Position numbers and translations under genes: made by a program. This document shows, one piece after another, positions 9,442-19,691 of a DNA stretch of 64,000 nt (the first letter of the stretch is position 1; every line of letters begins with the position of its first letter). The stretch is from Opitutus sp. GAS368 (GTDB taxonomy: Bacteria; Verrucomicrobiota; Verrucomicrobiia; Opitutales; Opitutaceae): positions 7,347 through 71,346 of the forward strand of contig CAMBVX010000001.1 in the NCBI GenBank assembly GCA_945871085.1, written 5' to 3'. The notes under the pieces are model-generated. The model worked only from the letters and a program-made list of their open reading frames with translations, searched no databases and had not been told where the DNA came from.

Positions 9442-10440
9442 ATGCATGAACGGTTGCCATTCCATCGAAACCTCCGGACCATCACTGCTCTCATGGCACT
9501 TACCTCGGGCTCATCCGCACCGGTCGAAGAGAAGTTCTCTCTTCCCCTTTTTCTTTTCACCGTCGCGGTCTCGCTGGCGGGCCTCATCGCCCTCGTTTGG
9601 CTGCTCGCGCCGGCCTCCGTCTGGCAGGCCCAGCTCGCGATGCCCGTCGTGCCCTTCATCGTTGCCTTCCTCGTGGTGCATCTCGGCACCTGCTTCTTCG
9701 AGTATTTCTTCCACCGCTACGTCTTGCACCGCCCAGTGGTCCCGGCCCTGAGCCGGTTCTACAAGCAACACACTTTGCACCACTCGCTCACGCGCATCGG
9801 CAAACGGTTCACCGCCGCCGGTCGCGAGGTCCCTTACGTTGAGAATATCTACCCAGTCACCACCCCCGAGCAGGGCGAGGCGTCGTTCTTCCCTTGGTAT
9901 ACCCTCGTCGCCTTTGCCGCCGGCTTCGCTCCGTTCCTGATTTTGATGCAGTGGCTGATGCCCACATGGCCGTGGCTCTTCGCCGGCTTCGCCGCCCTCG
10001 CCTTCGCCCTGGCGCTCTACGAGATCTTCCACGCCTTCGAACATTGGGCCTTCGAGCGCTGGGCCCCGCTCATCGAGCACAAATACTTCGGCGGCCTTTG
10101 GCGCCACATCTACAGCTTCCACCTCCGCCATCACGCCTCCATTGACTCCAACGAGGCCATTTCCGGGTTCTTTACCTTGCCCGTGTTCGACTGGGTTTTC
10201 GGCACCTTCCAAATCCCGAAAACCCTCTTCACCCACGGCTCCGAGTGGCACGCCTCCGAGTTCACCACGCCCCGGCCCTACGCTTTCATCCGCTGGTGCG
10301 ACACCCGCGCTAATGCCCTCGTGAAGAACCGCCGCGCGCTCGCCCGTCAGCAACCCACCGCCACCGGTCCCGACGCGCCCGTCACCCAAGATGACGCCGA
10401 GTCCGCCGCCGGCAGCTCCAGCCGTTCCAACGTCAACTGA
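9442..10440 (+). CDS. Fatty acid hydroxylase/sterol desaturase superfamily membrane protein
   Basis: Histidine boxes HRYVLH, HTLHH and HLRHH with several TM segments. ATG at 9442 (MHERLPFH) inside ORF 9337..10440. Confidence 0.75.
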   Translation: MHERLPFHRNLRTITALMALTSGSSAPVEEKFSLPLFLFTVAVSLAGLIALVWLLAPASVWQAQLAMPVVPFIVAFLVVHLGTCFFEYFFHRYVLHRPVVPALSRFYKQHTLHHSLTRIGKRFTAAGREVPYVENIYPVTTPEQGEASFFPWYTLVAFAAGFAPFLILMQWLMPTWPWLFAGFAALAFALALYEIFHAFEHWAFERWAPLIEHKYFGGLWRHIYSFHLRHHASIDSNEAISGFFTLPVFDWVFGTFQIPKTLFTHGSEWHASEFTTPRPYAFIRWCDTRANALVKNRRALARQQPTATGPDAPVTQDDAESAAGSSSRSNVN

Positions 10441-10463
10441 CCCCCGGCCGGCTCAACCAAATC

Positions 10464-10494
10464 GCCCGATGCCTCAAGGCTTCGGGCTTTTTTG
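10464..10494 (+). terminator. Rho-independent terminator candidate
   Basis: GCCCGAtGCCTcaAGGCtTCGGGC hairpin followed by TTTTTTG, 24 nt after the stop at 10440. Confidence 0.6.
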
Positions 10495-10594
10495 TGCCTA
10501 AGTATCGTGTGCCCGCCCGCCAACGCCACACCGCCGAACTTAAAAACAAGCTACCCCAAGCCGCCCGACGCAACGCCCGACCTCCCACCACCCG

Positions 10595-11200
10595 CTACTT
10601 TTTCTGCAGCACCGGCGCCTGCGATTTCAGTTTCTTGATCTTCGGCGCGATCACGAACGAGCAGTAGCCCGCGTGCGGGTTTTTCGCGAAATAATCCTGA
10701 TGGTAATCCTCCGCTGGCCAGAATTTCACGAGCGGCACGATTTCCGTCATGATCGGATCGCGAAACTCTTGGCTCGCCGGGACCCGCGACTTCATCGCCG
10801 CGGTTTTTTGCGCTTCATCGGCATAGAGAATGATCGAGCGATACTGCGGACCGTGATCGTTCCCCTGCCCGCCCACCTGCGTGGGATTGTGCACCTGCCA
10901 AAAGTAGTCGAGCAGCGCCTCGAGCGAGACCACGGCGGGATCGTAGTCGATCCGGATGACCTCGGCGTGTCCCGTGCGATGGCTCGTGATGTCTTTGTAG
11001 GTAGGATTCGGTTCCTTGCCGCCGGAATAGCCGCTGACGACGGCTTTGACGCCGGGGACGATTTCATAAGCGGCTTCGGTGCACCAGAAGCATCCGCCCC
11101 CGAGGACGAGCGAGGCGAGTTTGGATTCAGCGGCGGAAGACATAGAGGAAACCGCGGCAAGCAGCGCGGGGACGAGGGTTAACCAAGCGAGAGGTTTCAT
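10595..11200 (-). CDS. msrA: Peptide-methionine (S)-S-oxide reductase, with signal peptide
   Basis: Catalytic GGGCFWCTEA motif and conserved GHAEVIRIDYDP and YHQDYF blocks. Confidence 0.92.
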   Translation of the reverse strand: MKPLAWLTLVPALLAAVSSMSSAAESKLASLVLGGGCFWCTEAAYEIVPGVKAVVSGYSGGKEPNPTYKDITSHRTGHAEVIRIDYDPAVVSLEALLDYFWQVHNPTQVGGQGNDHGPQYRSIILYADEAQKTAAMKSRVPASQEFRDPIMTEIVPLVKFWPAEDYHQDYFAKNPHAGYCSFVIAPKIKKLKSQAPVLQKK

Positions 11201-11318
11201 GGGCGTAAGAGGCCACCGTGCCCAAAATCACTCCCGCCGCAAGTCACCCCGCGCGGACGCCGCCTGCCCGCTGCCGGCCCTCGCTCCCGTAATGGACCAC
11301 GGAGAGACGCCCTGCCGT

Positions 11319-13007
11319 TTACCGCGAGAGCTTCCGGTACTTTATGCGGTGCGGTTGGTCGGCCTCCTTGCCTTTCCGCTTCTTGAAATCTTCAAGGTAG
11401 CTCGAGTAGTTGCCGGCGAACCAATGCACCGTGCTGTCGCCTTCAAACGCCATGATGTGCGTCGCCACGCGGTCGAGGAACCAACGGTCGTGCGAAATGA
11501 TCACCGCGCAGCCGGCAAACGTTTCCAACGCTTCTTCCAGCGCGCGGATCGAGTTCACGTCGAGATCGTTGGTCGGCTCGTCGAGCAGCAGCAGATTGGC
11601 CCCGCTCTTCAGCACGCGCGCGAGCAACACGCGGTTGCGTTCGCCGCCGGAGAGCACGCCCACTTTCTTCTGCTGGTCGGCGCCCGTGAAACCGAATTGC
11701 GCGCAATACGCCCGGCTGTTCACCGAGCGCGGCCCGAGCGCGAGGATTTCTTGCCCGTCGCTGATCACTTCCCAGATCGTCTTGTCGCCCTCCAGCGAAT
11801 CGCGCGACTGTTCCACATAGGCCGACTTCACCGTCTCGCCGACCTTGAACGTCCCCGCGTCGGCTTTTTCCAGATTGGTGATGAGCTTAAAGAGCGTGGT
11901 CTTGCCGGCGCCGTTGGGCCCGATGATCCCGACGATGCCGCCGGGCGGCAGCGCGAAGTTGAGTTTATCGAAGAGCAATTTCTCGCCAAACGCCTTCGCC
12001 ACATTCTGCGCCTCGACCACGACCGTGCCGAGCCGCGGGCCGGCCGGAATGATGATCTCGAAAATCTTTTCCTGTTCGACGACATCGGCCTTGAGCATGG
12101 CCTCGTAGGCGTTGATGCGCGCCTGGCCTTTCGACTGGCGGGCCTTGGCCCCTTGGCGAATCCACGCCAGTTCTCGCGCCATGGCTTTCTGGCGCTTGCT
12201 CTCGGTGCGCTCGGCGACGGAGGCGACCGCCTGCTTCTGCTCGAGCCACGAGGAATAATTTCCTTTCCACGGCAGACCGTGGCCGTGATCGAGTTCGAGA
12301 ATCCAACCGGCCACATTGTCCAAAAAGTAGCGGTCGTGCGTGACGGCGATGACCGTGCCTTCGTAGCGGCCGAGGTGCTGCTCGAGCCAATTAACGCTAT
12401 CGGCATCGAGATGATTCGTCGGCTCGTCGAGCAGGAGAATCGACGGCTTCTGCAACAACAGTCGCGCGAGCGCCACGCGGCGCCGTTCACCACCGGAAAG
12501 ATGATCGACGATAGCGTCGCCGGGCGGACAACGCAGTGCATCCATCGCCATGTCCACCTGCGGCGCGACATCCCACGCGCCGAGCGCGTCGATCTTTTCC
12601 TGCAACTTCGCCTGCTTGTCAGCGACGGCATCCTTCGCCGCATCGTCGGCCGCTTCGGCGAGCTCGTCCCAACTCGCATCGTAGGCCGCCGTGAGATCCG
12701 TGAGATGCTTCACGCCCTCTTCGACGCAGGCCCGGACCGTGGCCCCGGGGGTGAGGGCCGGCTCCTGCTGCAGAAAGCCCACCGTATAACCCGGCTCAAA
12801 ATGCACGCGACCGTCGATCTCGGTATCGATCCCCGCGAGGATGCGCATGAGCGAGGACTTGCCGGAGCCGTTCAGACCGAGGACTCCGATCTTCGCGCCA
12901 TAGTAAAACGAGAGGGAGATGTCGCGGAGGATTTCCTTGCGCTCGATTTTCTTCGAGACGCCGAGCATCGAGAAAATGATCTTCGGGGCTTCTTCGGTTT
13001 TGGCCAT
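11319..13007 (-). CDS. ettA: Energy-dependent translational throttle ABC-F ATPase
   Basis: Two NBDs (GLNGSGKSS / GPNGAGKTT; LSGGERRRVALAR / LSGGERNRVLLAR). About 560 aa with a typical EttA N-terminus (IIFSMLGVSKKIERKEILRDISLSFYYGAKIGVLG). Confidence 0.92.
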   Translation of the reverse strand: MAKTEEAPKIIFSMLGVSKKIERKEILRDISLSFYYGAKIGVLGLNGSGKSSLMRILAGIDTEIDGRVHFEPGYTVGFLQQEPALTPGATVRACVEEGVKHLTDLTAAYDASWDELAEAADDAAKDAVADKQAKLQEKIDALGAWDVAPQVDMAMDALRCPPGDAIVDHLSGGERRRVALARLLLQKPSILLLDEPTNHLDADSVNWLEQHLGRYEGTVIAVTHDRYFLDNVAGWILELDHGHGLPWKGNYSSWLEQKQAVASVAERTESKRQKAMARELAWIRQGAKARQSKGQARINAYEAMLKADVVEQEKIFEIIIPAGPRLGTVVVEAQNVAKAFGEKLLFDKLNFALPPGGIVGIIGPNGAGKTTLFKLITNLEKADAGTFKVGETVKSAYVEQSRDSLEGDKTIWEVISDGQEILALGPRSVNSRAYCAQFGFTGADQQKKVGVLSGGERNRVLLARVLKSGANLLLLDEPTNDLDVNSIRALEEALETFAGCAVIISHDRWFLDRVATHIMAFEGDSTVHWFAGNYSSYLEDFKKRKGKEADQPHRIKYRKLSR

Positions 13008-13019
13008 GCGCCGAATCGA

Positions 13020-13283
13020 CTAGGGTTTCGTCGCCAGTTCAAGCCGCGCGAGCAGGTCGAGCGCATCAAGGCGATTTACCCCGCAGATGTTCGCCATTGG
13101 CCGGAGGCTAGCGCAGACCGCCGGGCGGTCGGCCCGGCCGAAAATCGCGCAGCGAAAATCCGCGAGCAGTTGCACACACCTCACGCCGGCCGGCTTGCCG
13201 TGGGGCATCCCCGGGATCGACGAAGAAATCGAGGGCGCGATGCAACACGCGCCGCAACCAGCGCGACAGTCCATGGCCGACAA
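13020..13283 (-). CDS. UPF0153/YkgJ-family Cys-cluster protein (YeiW-like)
   Basis: CRAGCGACCIAPSISSSIPGMPHGKPAGVRCVQL...C..F...RPAVC matches the small YkgJ/YeiW cysteine-cluster family as I recall it. Confidence 0.75.
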   Translation of the reverse strand: MSAMDCRAGCGACCIAPSISSSIPGMPHGKPAGVRCVQLLADFRCAIFGRADRPAVCASLRPMANICGVNRLDALDLLARLELATKP

Positions 13284-13309
13284 GCGGGGCCATGGCCCGC
13301 CGGCACAAG

Positions 13310-13786
13310 CTATTTCAAGCCCGCGATCAGCACCTTGAGCTGCGCCGCATGGTCCGCCGTGTCCACTTTCTCCGCCACCGCGAGCACTGTGCCGTCGCTC
13401 CCGAGCACAAACGCCGCCCGCGCCGGCCCAAAGTATTTTTTGCCGTACATGGACTTTTCCACGACCGCATCCGCCGCCTGCGCAAAAAGATCACCCGGGT
13501 CGCTCGCCAGCGTGTAGGCGATTTTCTTCTTCGCGGCGTATTTCAAATGCGAGCCGGGCGTGTCGCGGCTGACGGCGACGAGCGTGTAACCGGCCTCGGC
13601 AAACTCGGCGGCGTGGGCCGCGAGAGAGTCGTTCTGTTTATCGCAGGAACCCGTGTTGTTTTTCATATAAACCGACACAATCGTGCGGCGGGTGAGCAGG
13701 TCCTTGAACGCGACCTCCTGAGCGACGCCGCCGGCGACGATCGTGAGCTTAAAGTTGGTTTTTAGCTTCTTTCCGGGAGAAATCAT
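13310..13786 (-). CDS. Peroxiredoxin-like (Bcp/AhpC-TSA fold) protein
   Basis: Thioredoxin-fold size (158 aa). NNTGSCDKQ sits at the position of the peroxidatic TPGC motif, and VAVSRD and ASDPG blocks are present. Confidence 0.7.
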   Translation of the reverse strand: MISPGKKLKTNFKLTIVAGGVAQEVAFKDLLTRRTIVSVYMKNNTGSCDKQNDSLAAHAAEFAEAGYTLVAVSRDTPGSHLKYAAKKKIAYTLASDPGDLFAQAADAVVEKSMYGKKYFGPARAAFVLGSDGTVLAVAEKVDTADHAAQLKVLIAGLK

Positions 13787-13902
13787 GTTGCAGCCACTGA
13801 GCGAGCGTCGGCGTCGACGTCAAATTGCCCGACACGTTAGCCCAAAAATACCTCCGGTTGAGGCTTTGACGCGCCGATAAATACCCTGCAACTTCACCCT
13901 GA

Positions 13903-14364
13903 ATGAAATCCGTTAAGGTACCCGCTTTGGAGCTGTTCCTCCATGAAATGATTCCCCTCGCCAAGGCGATGGGCGTCGGCGTGGAAGTCAGCGATGAACG
14001 CGCCCTCACCCTCACGGCTCCGAAAGAGCAGAACAAAAATTCGCTCAACACCGCATTTGGCGGCAGTCTCGTTTCACTCGCCACCCTAGCCGGTTACGGC
14101 GTTGTCTGGGAGTTGATGAAAAACGAAAAAGGCGCCGAAAAACCCGAATGGAGCATCGTCGTCAAAGAGAGCCGAGCGGCCTACCGCCGGCCCGTGATCG
14201 GCGACCTGCGTGCGATCTGCGAGCGCCCGGCCCAAGCTGCCATCGCCGAATTCAAAGAAGCTCTCGCCCGCTACGGCAAAGCTAAGCTCAAGCTCCGCGC
14301 CCGCGTCATCGAGAAGGGTCAGACCGCAGTCGATGTCACCGCGGCGTTTGTCGTCACGCGCTGA
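13903..14364 (+). CDS. YiiD C-terminal-type hot-dog thioesterase domain protein
   Basis: LHEMIPLAKAMGVGV ... APKEQNKNSLNTAFGGSLVSLATLAGYG is the characteristic YiiD_C/putative thioesterase core. Confidence 0.7.
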   Translation: MKSVKVPALELFLHEMIPLAKAMGVGVEVSDERALTLTAPKEQNKNSLNTAFGGSLVSLATLAGYGVVWELMKNEKGAEKPEWSIVVKESRAAYRRPVIGDLRAICERPAQAAIAEFKEALARYGKAKLKLRARVIEKGQTAVDVTAAFVVTR

Positions 14365-14430
14365 ATTTCGTTGGCCTGACTCCGCTCCGTCGTCCGACCG
14401 CGCCCGAACCGGCGTAGTTTTTTTGTGGGC

Positions 14431-14802
14431 TTAGATATGCTTAGAATCCGCCTCGTCTTTCTTCACGTAGCCGCTGTCCTGCCGCTGGTGGTTCACGGCG
14501 TTTTTCTTCAGGTAGGCTTGATAGACATCGTCCGGGGTCATGCCGAGCGTCTGCGCGAGCGACACAAGAAAGTGAAACAGGTCGACGACTTCGACCTTGG
14601 CGTTCTGCTCGTCAAACTTTTGGTATTTCGCCCACCATTTCCACGGCACGGAGTCGATCAGCTCGGCGGTTTCCTGCTGCATGGCGCGGGTGTAGTTGAG
14701 AATCCATTTCGCCTTTTCCTCGTCGGTCGGAGGCGGGAGGCTGACGCCGATCCGCTGGTTTAACGCGTCTTGCATCCGGAAGATTTCCTCGAGTTTGTCC
14801 AT
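14431..14802 (-). CDS. Dimeric (all-alpha) dUTPase/NTP-pyrophosphatase family protein
   Basis: MDKLEEIFRMQDALN...YTRAMQQETAELIDSVPWKWWAKY...VEVVDLFHFLVS matches the dUTPase_2 pattern. The start at the internal Met (14802) or at 14838 is unresolved. Confidence 0.7.
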   Translation of the reverse strand: MDKLEEIFRMQDALNQRIGVSLPPPTDEEKAKWILNYTRAMQQETAELIDSVPWKWWAKYQKFDEQNAKVEVVDLFHFLVSLAQTLGMTPDDVYQAYLKKNAVNHQRQDSGYVKKDEADSKHI

Positions 14803-15167
14803 GGGTGCGACGGTGGGAAACCGCTCCGGCGCTGGCAAGCCCGCCTTGGGGCGGGCCGGGTCAAAGTCGTGTGAGTCCCCGGTAATCTTTCTCTTTTCTC
14901 TTTCTCTTAATCATTCTCTCCCGTCGGCAAAATCGGACGAAAGAGAAAGATAAAGAAGACCGAGAACGATCGACCGAACGACTGCGATCCTGCCCTGTCC
15001 CGCCTTGGGCCACGCCGGAATTTGCAGTTGCTCCCCGGGCGGCCCGCCGCGACGCTGCGTCCTTCATGCACGCGTCGAGCGCGGTCCCCGCGCTCCGTGT
15101 GTGCCCAACCAAATCGGTTGCTCTCCTGCCTACGCGGGATGAGCGCCTCAGCACAAAACAACAGCAC

Positions 15168-16409
15168 ATGTCAGATCACGATCAGTCCGGCGCTTCGGCC
15201 CCGGCTCCAGCTCCCGCCCCGGCGGCGAGCGGTGCCGCCCCCGCCGCGACCCAGCCGTTCGGCACGTTCGGCACCACCCGAGGCTCCGGCCTCAACCGTG
15301 GCAAACGTGTCACTCCGCCTGCGGCTCCCGCCGCCGGTTCCGCCGCTTCCAGCGGCTTCAAACCCAGCGCCCTCGAAGTCATCACCTCGAAGAGCGAATA
15401 CGTAAACCCGTTTACCGGTGAGACCACCGTGAGCGCGCCCGTCGTCAACGAGCCTGCCCCCCAGGCCGCCCCCGTCATCACCCCGCCGGCTCCGGCCCCC
15501 GTGGCCGCAGTCGTCCCTGCCTCCGTTGCGACCGCAGTCGTCGCCGCCCCCGTGGCGGTCAAGGAAACCGCTCAGACCGCCGACCTGTTCCCCTTCAGCG
15601 ATCACAAGCGCAACGAAGACGCGCCGAAGCCGGCGTTGAACATTCTCCCGCCCCAAGGCGGCGAGAAACGCGCCGCCGTGAATTGGGAGGCGTCGCCCGC
15701 ACCTGCCGGCGACGCTGCCGCTCAAGCACCGCGCCGCGAAGATCGTCCGACGTTCCGCACGGAAAAAGGTCGCCGCAGCGACAGCGAAAACCGTGACGCC
15801 CGTCCGGCCGACGCTCGTCCGGCCGACACCCAAGAGCCCAAGCCCTTCGACCGTGGCGCCCCCCGTGAGCCGCGTCCGCAAGACCGCAAATTCGAACCAC
15901 GTACCAACCAACCCTACCAAGACCGCGGTGGGCGCTCCGACCGGGGCCAACGCTCGGATCGCTCCGACCGTCCTGCCCGCCACGAAGAACCCGCTCCGGT
16001 GAAAAAGTCCGGTGGTTTCTTCGGTTGGCTCAAAGGTCTCTTCGGCGGCAAGAAAGCTCCCGAGGCTCCCGCTGCCGGCGGTGGCCGCGAGGGCGAACCG
16101 CGCCGCGACGGCGACTCCGGTGGCGAGGGACGCAACCGCGGTGGCCGCGGTCGGGGACGTGATCGGGGTGGTAACCGTGCACCGCGCGACCCCAACTTCC
16201 AGCACCCCGATCCCCGCGATGAAGTCGGCCCGTCCGAAGGCGGCGGCGACAACTCGCGGGGTGAGGATCGCGGCGAAGGCCGGCAGGACGGCGGCGGACG
16301 CCGCGGACGCCGTGGTGGTCGCGGACGTTCCCGTGACGGCGGCGGGGGCGGCGGTCGCGATGATCGCGGCCCGCGCCCCGAAGGCCAACAGGGCGGCGGC
16401 GCGATCTGA
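15168..16409 (+). CDS. Intrinsically disordered Pro/Ala-rich protein with C-terminal RGG/RGR repeats (function unknown)
   Basis: ATG at 15168 (MSDHDQSG). 413 aa of low complexity ending in GGRGRGRDRGG...GGRRGRRGGRGRSRDGGGGGGRDDRG. A strong intrinsic terminator lies 47 nt downstream on the same strand. An antisense shadow ORF also exists, so the strand choice rests on the terminator. Confidence 0.55.
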   Translation: MSDHDQSGASAPAPAPAPAASGAAPAATQPFGTFGTTRGSGLNRGKRVTPPAAPAAGSAASSGFKPSALEVITSKSEYVNPFTGETTVSAPVVNEPAPQAAPVITPPAPAPVAAVVPASVATAVVAAPVAVKETAQTADLFPFSDHKRNEDAPKPALNILPPQGGEKRAAVNWEASPAPAGDAAAQAPRREDRPTFRTEKGRRSDSENRDARPADARPADTQEPKPFDRGAPREPRPQDRKFEPRTNQPYQDRGGRSDRGQRSDRSDRPARHEEPAPVKKSGGFFGWLKGLFGGKKAPEAPAAGGGREGEPRRDGDSGGEGRNRGGRGRGRDRGGNRAPRDPNFQHPDPRDEVGPSEGGGDNSRGEDRGEGRQDGGGRRGRRGGRGRSRDGGGGGGRDDRGPRPEGQQGGGAI

Positions 16410-16455
16410 TTCGCGTTAAGCCTTGCCCCCTGCGCCGCACCGCGCGCATTTCAAA

Positions 16456-16490
16456 GGCGTCCGTGATTCACGGACGCCTTTTTTATTTTT
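16456..16490 (+). terminator. Rho-independent terminator
   Basis: Perfect 10-bp stem GGCGTCCGTG-att-CACGGACGCC followed by TTTTTTATTTTT. Confidence 0.85.
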
Positions 16491-16559
16491 AGCCTTCGTT
16501 CCGACCGTCAGCTTTGAACGCTCAGCCCTCAACTCTCAGCTCTTAACTTTTTCCGATCG

Positions 16560-17849
16560 ATGTCCGACCTCATCGTCAACGGCGGCAAGCCCCTCTCCGG
16601 CACCATCACGCCCTCCGGCAACAAGAACTCCGTGTTGCCCATCTTCTGCGCCACGCTGCTCACCGATGAGCCCGTCACGCTGAAAAACGTCCCGGACATC
16701 ACTGACCTCGACAAGCTCGTCACGTTCTTCCGCGCCCAAGGTTCGCAGATCGAGTGGAACCGCGAGAAAGGCGTGATGCGCGTGGATCATTCCACGTTTC
16801 GCAACGCCCTCGCCAACGACGAGCTCCCGCAGGATATGCGCTCCACGGTGCTGCTTTACCCGGCACTGTTGCAGCGGCTGCGCAAGATCACGATCCACGC
16901 CAACACCAAGGGTTGCACGCTCGGCGTCCGCGAGATCGATCCGCATCTGGACATCCTCCGCGCCCTCGGCGCCTCGGTCCACCAAGGCGACCCACTCGTC
17001 ATCGCCCTGCCCGTCGGCTTTCGCGGCGCGCGCCACTGGCTCGACTATATGTCGGTCACGGTCACGGAAAATTTTGCCATGGCCGCCGCCCTCGCGAAAG
17101 GCAGTTCCACCCTCATCAACGCCGCCAGCGAGCCGCACGTGCAGGACCTCTGCGCCGCACTCGTCGCGATGGGCGCGAAAATCACGGGCCTCGGCACCTC
17201 CCGCCTCGAAGTCACCGGCGTAAAAAAACTCCACGGCGCGACGATCACGATCGGCAGCGACTACCACGAGATCGTCACCTTCCTCGCGCTCGGTGCCATC
17301 ACCGGTGGCGAAGTGCGCGTGACCAAATCCCTGCCGCATCACTTTGATCTCATCACCCGTGCCTTCGCCAAACTCGGCGTCGTCGTCGAACATGAGGGCG
17401 ACACCGCCATCGTGCGCCGCAGCCAGAAACTTGTGATCGAGGCGCCGTTCACCGCCAATTTACTCCCGAAGATCGAAGCCGCACCGTGGCCGTATTTTTC
17501 CGTCGACCTGCTCCCGTTGATGATCGCGCTGAGCACGCGGGCCGAGGGCACGATCCATTTCTGGAACAAGGTTTATGAAAACGGTTTTTCATGGATTCCC
17601 GAACTCGCGAAATTCGGCGCCCACGCGATGGTGAGCGACCCGCATCGCATCGTCGTGTTCGGCAACCGTCCGCTGCGCCCCGCGGTCGTCGATTCGCCCT
17701 ACGTGATCCGCGCCGCCGTGGCATTGGCCATGGTGGCTGCGTCGATCCCGGGCCGCTCCGTCGTGCGCAACGCCGAAATCATCAAACGCGCCCACCCCCG
17801 TTTCGTCGAAAATCTCCGCAGCCTCGGCGCGGAGTTGGAGTGGAAATAG
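16560..17849 (+). CDS. murA: UDP-N-acetylglucosamine 1-carboxyvinyltransferase
   Basis: LSGTITPSGNKNSVLPIFCATLL N-terminus, active-site loop NTKGCTLGVREIDPH, 429 aa. Confidence 0.92.
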   Translation: MSDLIVNGGKPLSGTITPSGNKNSVLPIFCATLLTDEPVTLKNVPDITDLDKLVTFFRAQGSQIEWNREKGVMRVDHSTFRNALANDELPQDMRSTVLLYPALLQRLRKITIHANTKGCTLGVREIDPHLDILRALGASVHQGDPLVIALPVGFRGARHWLDYMSVTVTENFAMAAALAKGSSTLINAASEPHVQDLCAALVAMGAKITGLGTSRLEVTGVKKLHGATITIGSDYHEIVTFLALGAITGGEVRVTKSLPHHFDLITRAFAKLGVVVEHEGDTAIVRRSQKLVIEAPFTANLLPKIEAAPWPYFSVDLLPLMIALSTRAEGTIHFWNKVYENGFSWIPELAKFGAHAMVSDPHRIVVFGNRPLRPAVVDSPYVIRAAVALAMVAASIPGRSVVRNAEIIKRAHPRFVENLRSLGAELEWK

Positions 17850-17881
17850 TCTCCAGGTTGGCGCTCTCGCGACGATGGATC

Positions 17882-18133
17882 ATGCCTAACCCGCGCAAAA
17901 TTCTTTTCAAAGTTCTCGGCGGTCAGTCCGACGCCAACATTCCCTTCAACGATTTGGTGCGCTTGCTTCTCCGGTTGGGATTTGACCTTAGAATTCGCGG
18001 CAGCCATCACATCTTTTCCAAGCCGCACCTCGATGAAATCATCAATCTCCAGCCGCTCGGCTCAAAAGCGAAGCCCTATCAGGTCCGGCAAGTCCGGGAA
18101 CTCATCAGCCAATATGGCTTCACGGATTTTTAA
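17882..18133 (+). CDS. hicA: HicA-family mRNA interferase toxin
   Basis: LVRLLLRLGFDLRIRGSHHIFSKP core (GSHH motif), 83 aa. ATG at 17882 inside ORF 17591..18133. Confidence 0.8.
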   Translation: MPNPRKILFKVLGGQSDANIPFNDLVRLLLRLGFDLRIRGSHHIFSKPHLDEIINLQPLGSKAKPYQVRQVRELISQYGFTDF

Positions 18134-18344
18134 GGCCCCGAAGTATCCGATTTCGATTTTCTGGAGCGATTCCGACAAGGCGTTTATTGCGCTCGTGCCG
18201 GATCTGCCCGGCTGCATGGCCGACGGCCCGAGCTATCAAACCGCGCTGGCCGCAGCGGAAGTCGTCATTCGCGACTGGATCGAGACCGCGCGCGATCTTG
18301 GCCGAACCATTCCCCGTCCGACCCGACGGCTGGCGCTAAGCTGA
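18114..18344 (+). CDS. hicB: HicB-family antitoxin
   Basis: YPISIFWSDSDKAFIALVPDLPGCMADGPSYQTALAAAEVVIRDWIE is the HicB N-terminal fold signature. Overlaps hicA by 20 nt. Confidence 0.8.
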   Translation: MASRIFKAPKYPISIFWSDSDKAFIALVPDLPGCMADGPSYQTALAAAEVVIRDWIETARDLGRTIPRPTRRLALS

Positions 18345-18352
18345 TATTTATT

Positions 18353-19384
<1,032 letters not shown>

Positions 19385-19454
19385 GCGACCCGAACCAATG
19401 GGCCACGCTGACCGCTTGCCTTGACGCCGTAGTGAGTATCACCACGGTAACACC

Positions 19455-19691
19455 ATGCCCACGCTCACGCTCAAGGTCTCCCCGGAGTTCAAGACTCGCC
19501 TGACTCGCACCGCGCGCAAGCGCCAGGTATCGGTCTCCGAACTTGTCCGCACCTCCGTCGAAAAAGACATGCCCGCCACCGGGAAGGGTTTTCTGCTCGG
19601 CCGGCTCGCCAAATATTCGCTGGGGCCCTCGACCTACGATCCCGCCAAACCGGCCTTCGACGAAGACGCGTGGGAAATGCTCAAGAAGTGA
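19455..19691 (+). CDS. Ribbon-helix-helix antitoxin (VapB-like)
   Basis: MPTLTLKVSPEFKTRLTRTARKRQVSVSELVRTSV is an RHH beta-strand plus helix pattern. Its stop overlaps the start of the PIN gene (GTGA). Confidence 0.65.
   Translation: MPTLTLKVSPEFKTRLTRTARKRQVSVSELVRTSVEKDMPATGKGFLLGRLAKYSLGPSTYDPAKPAFDEDAWEMLKK

Noticed and set aside
11079-13517. 812-aa plus-strand ORF
   Set aside because: It is antisense to the clearly conserved ettA, YkgJ-like and peroxiredoxin-like genes. Its Arg/Gly/Ala-rich composition is typical of shadow ORFs in high-GC DNA, and no motif is recognisable.
15171-16388. 405-aa minus-strand ORF opposite the RGG-rich protein
   Set aside because: Both strands are open because of the composition. 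The plus strand is preferred because of the ATG context and the strong same-strand terminator at 16456-16490. This remains genuinely uncertain.
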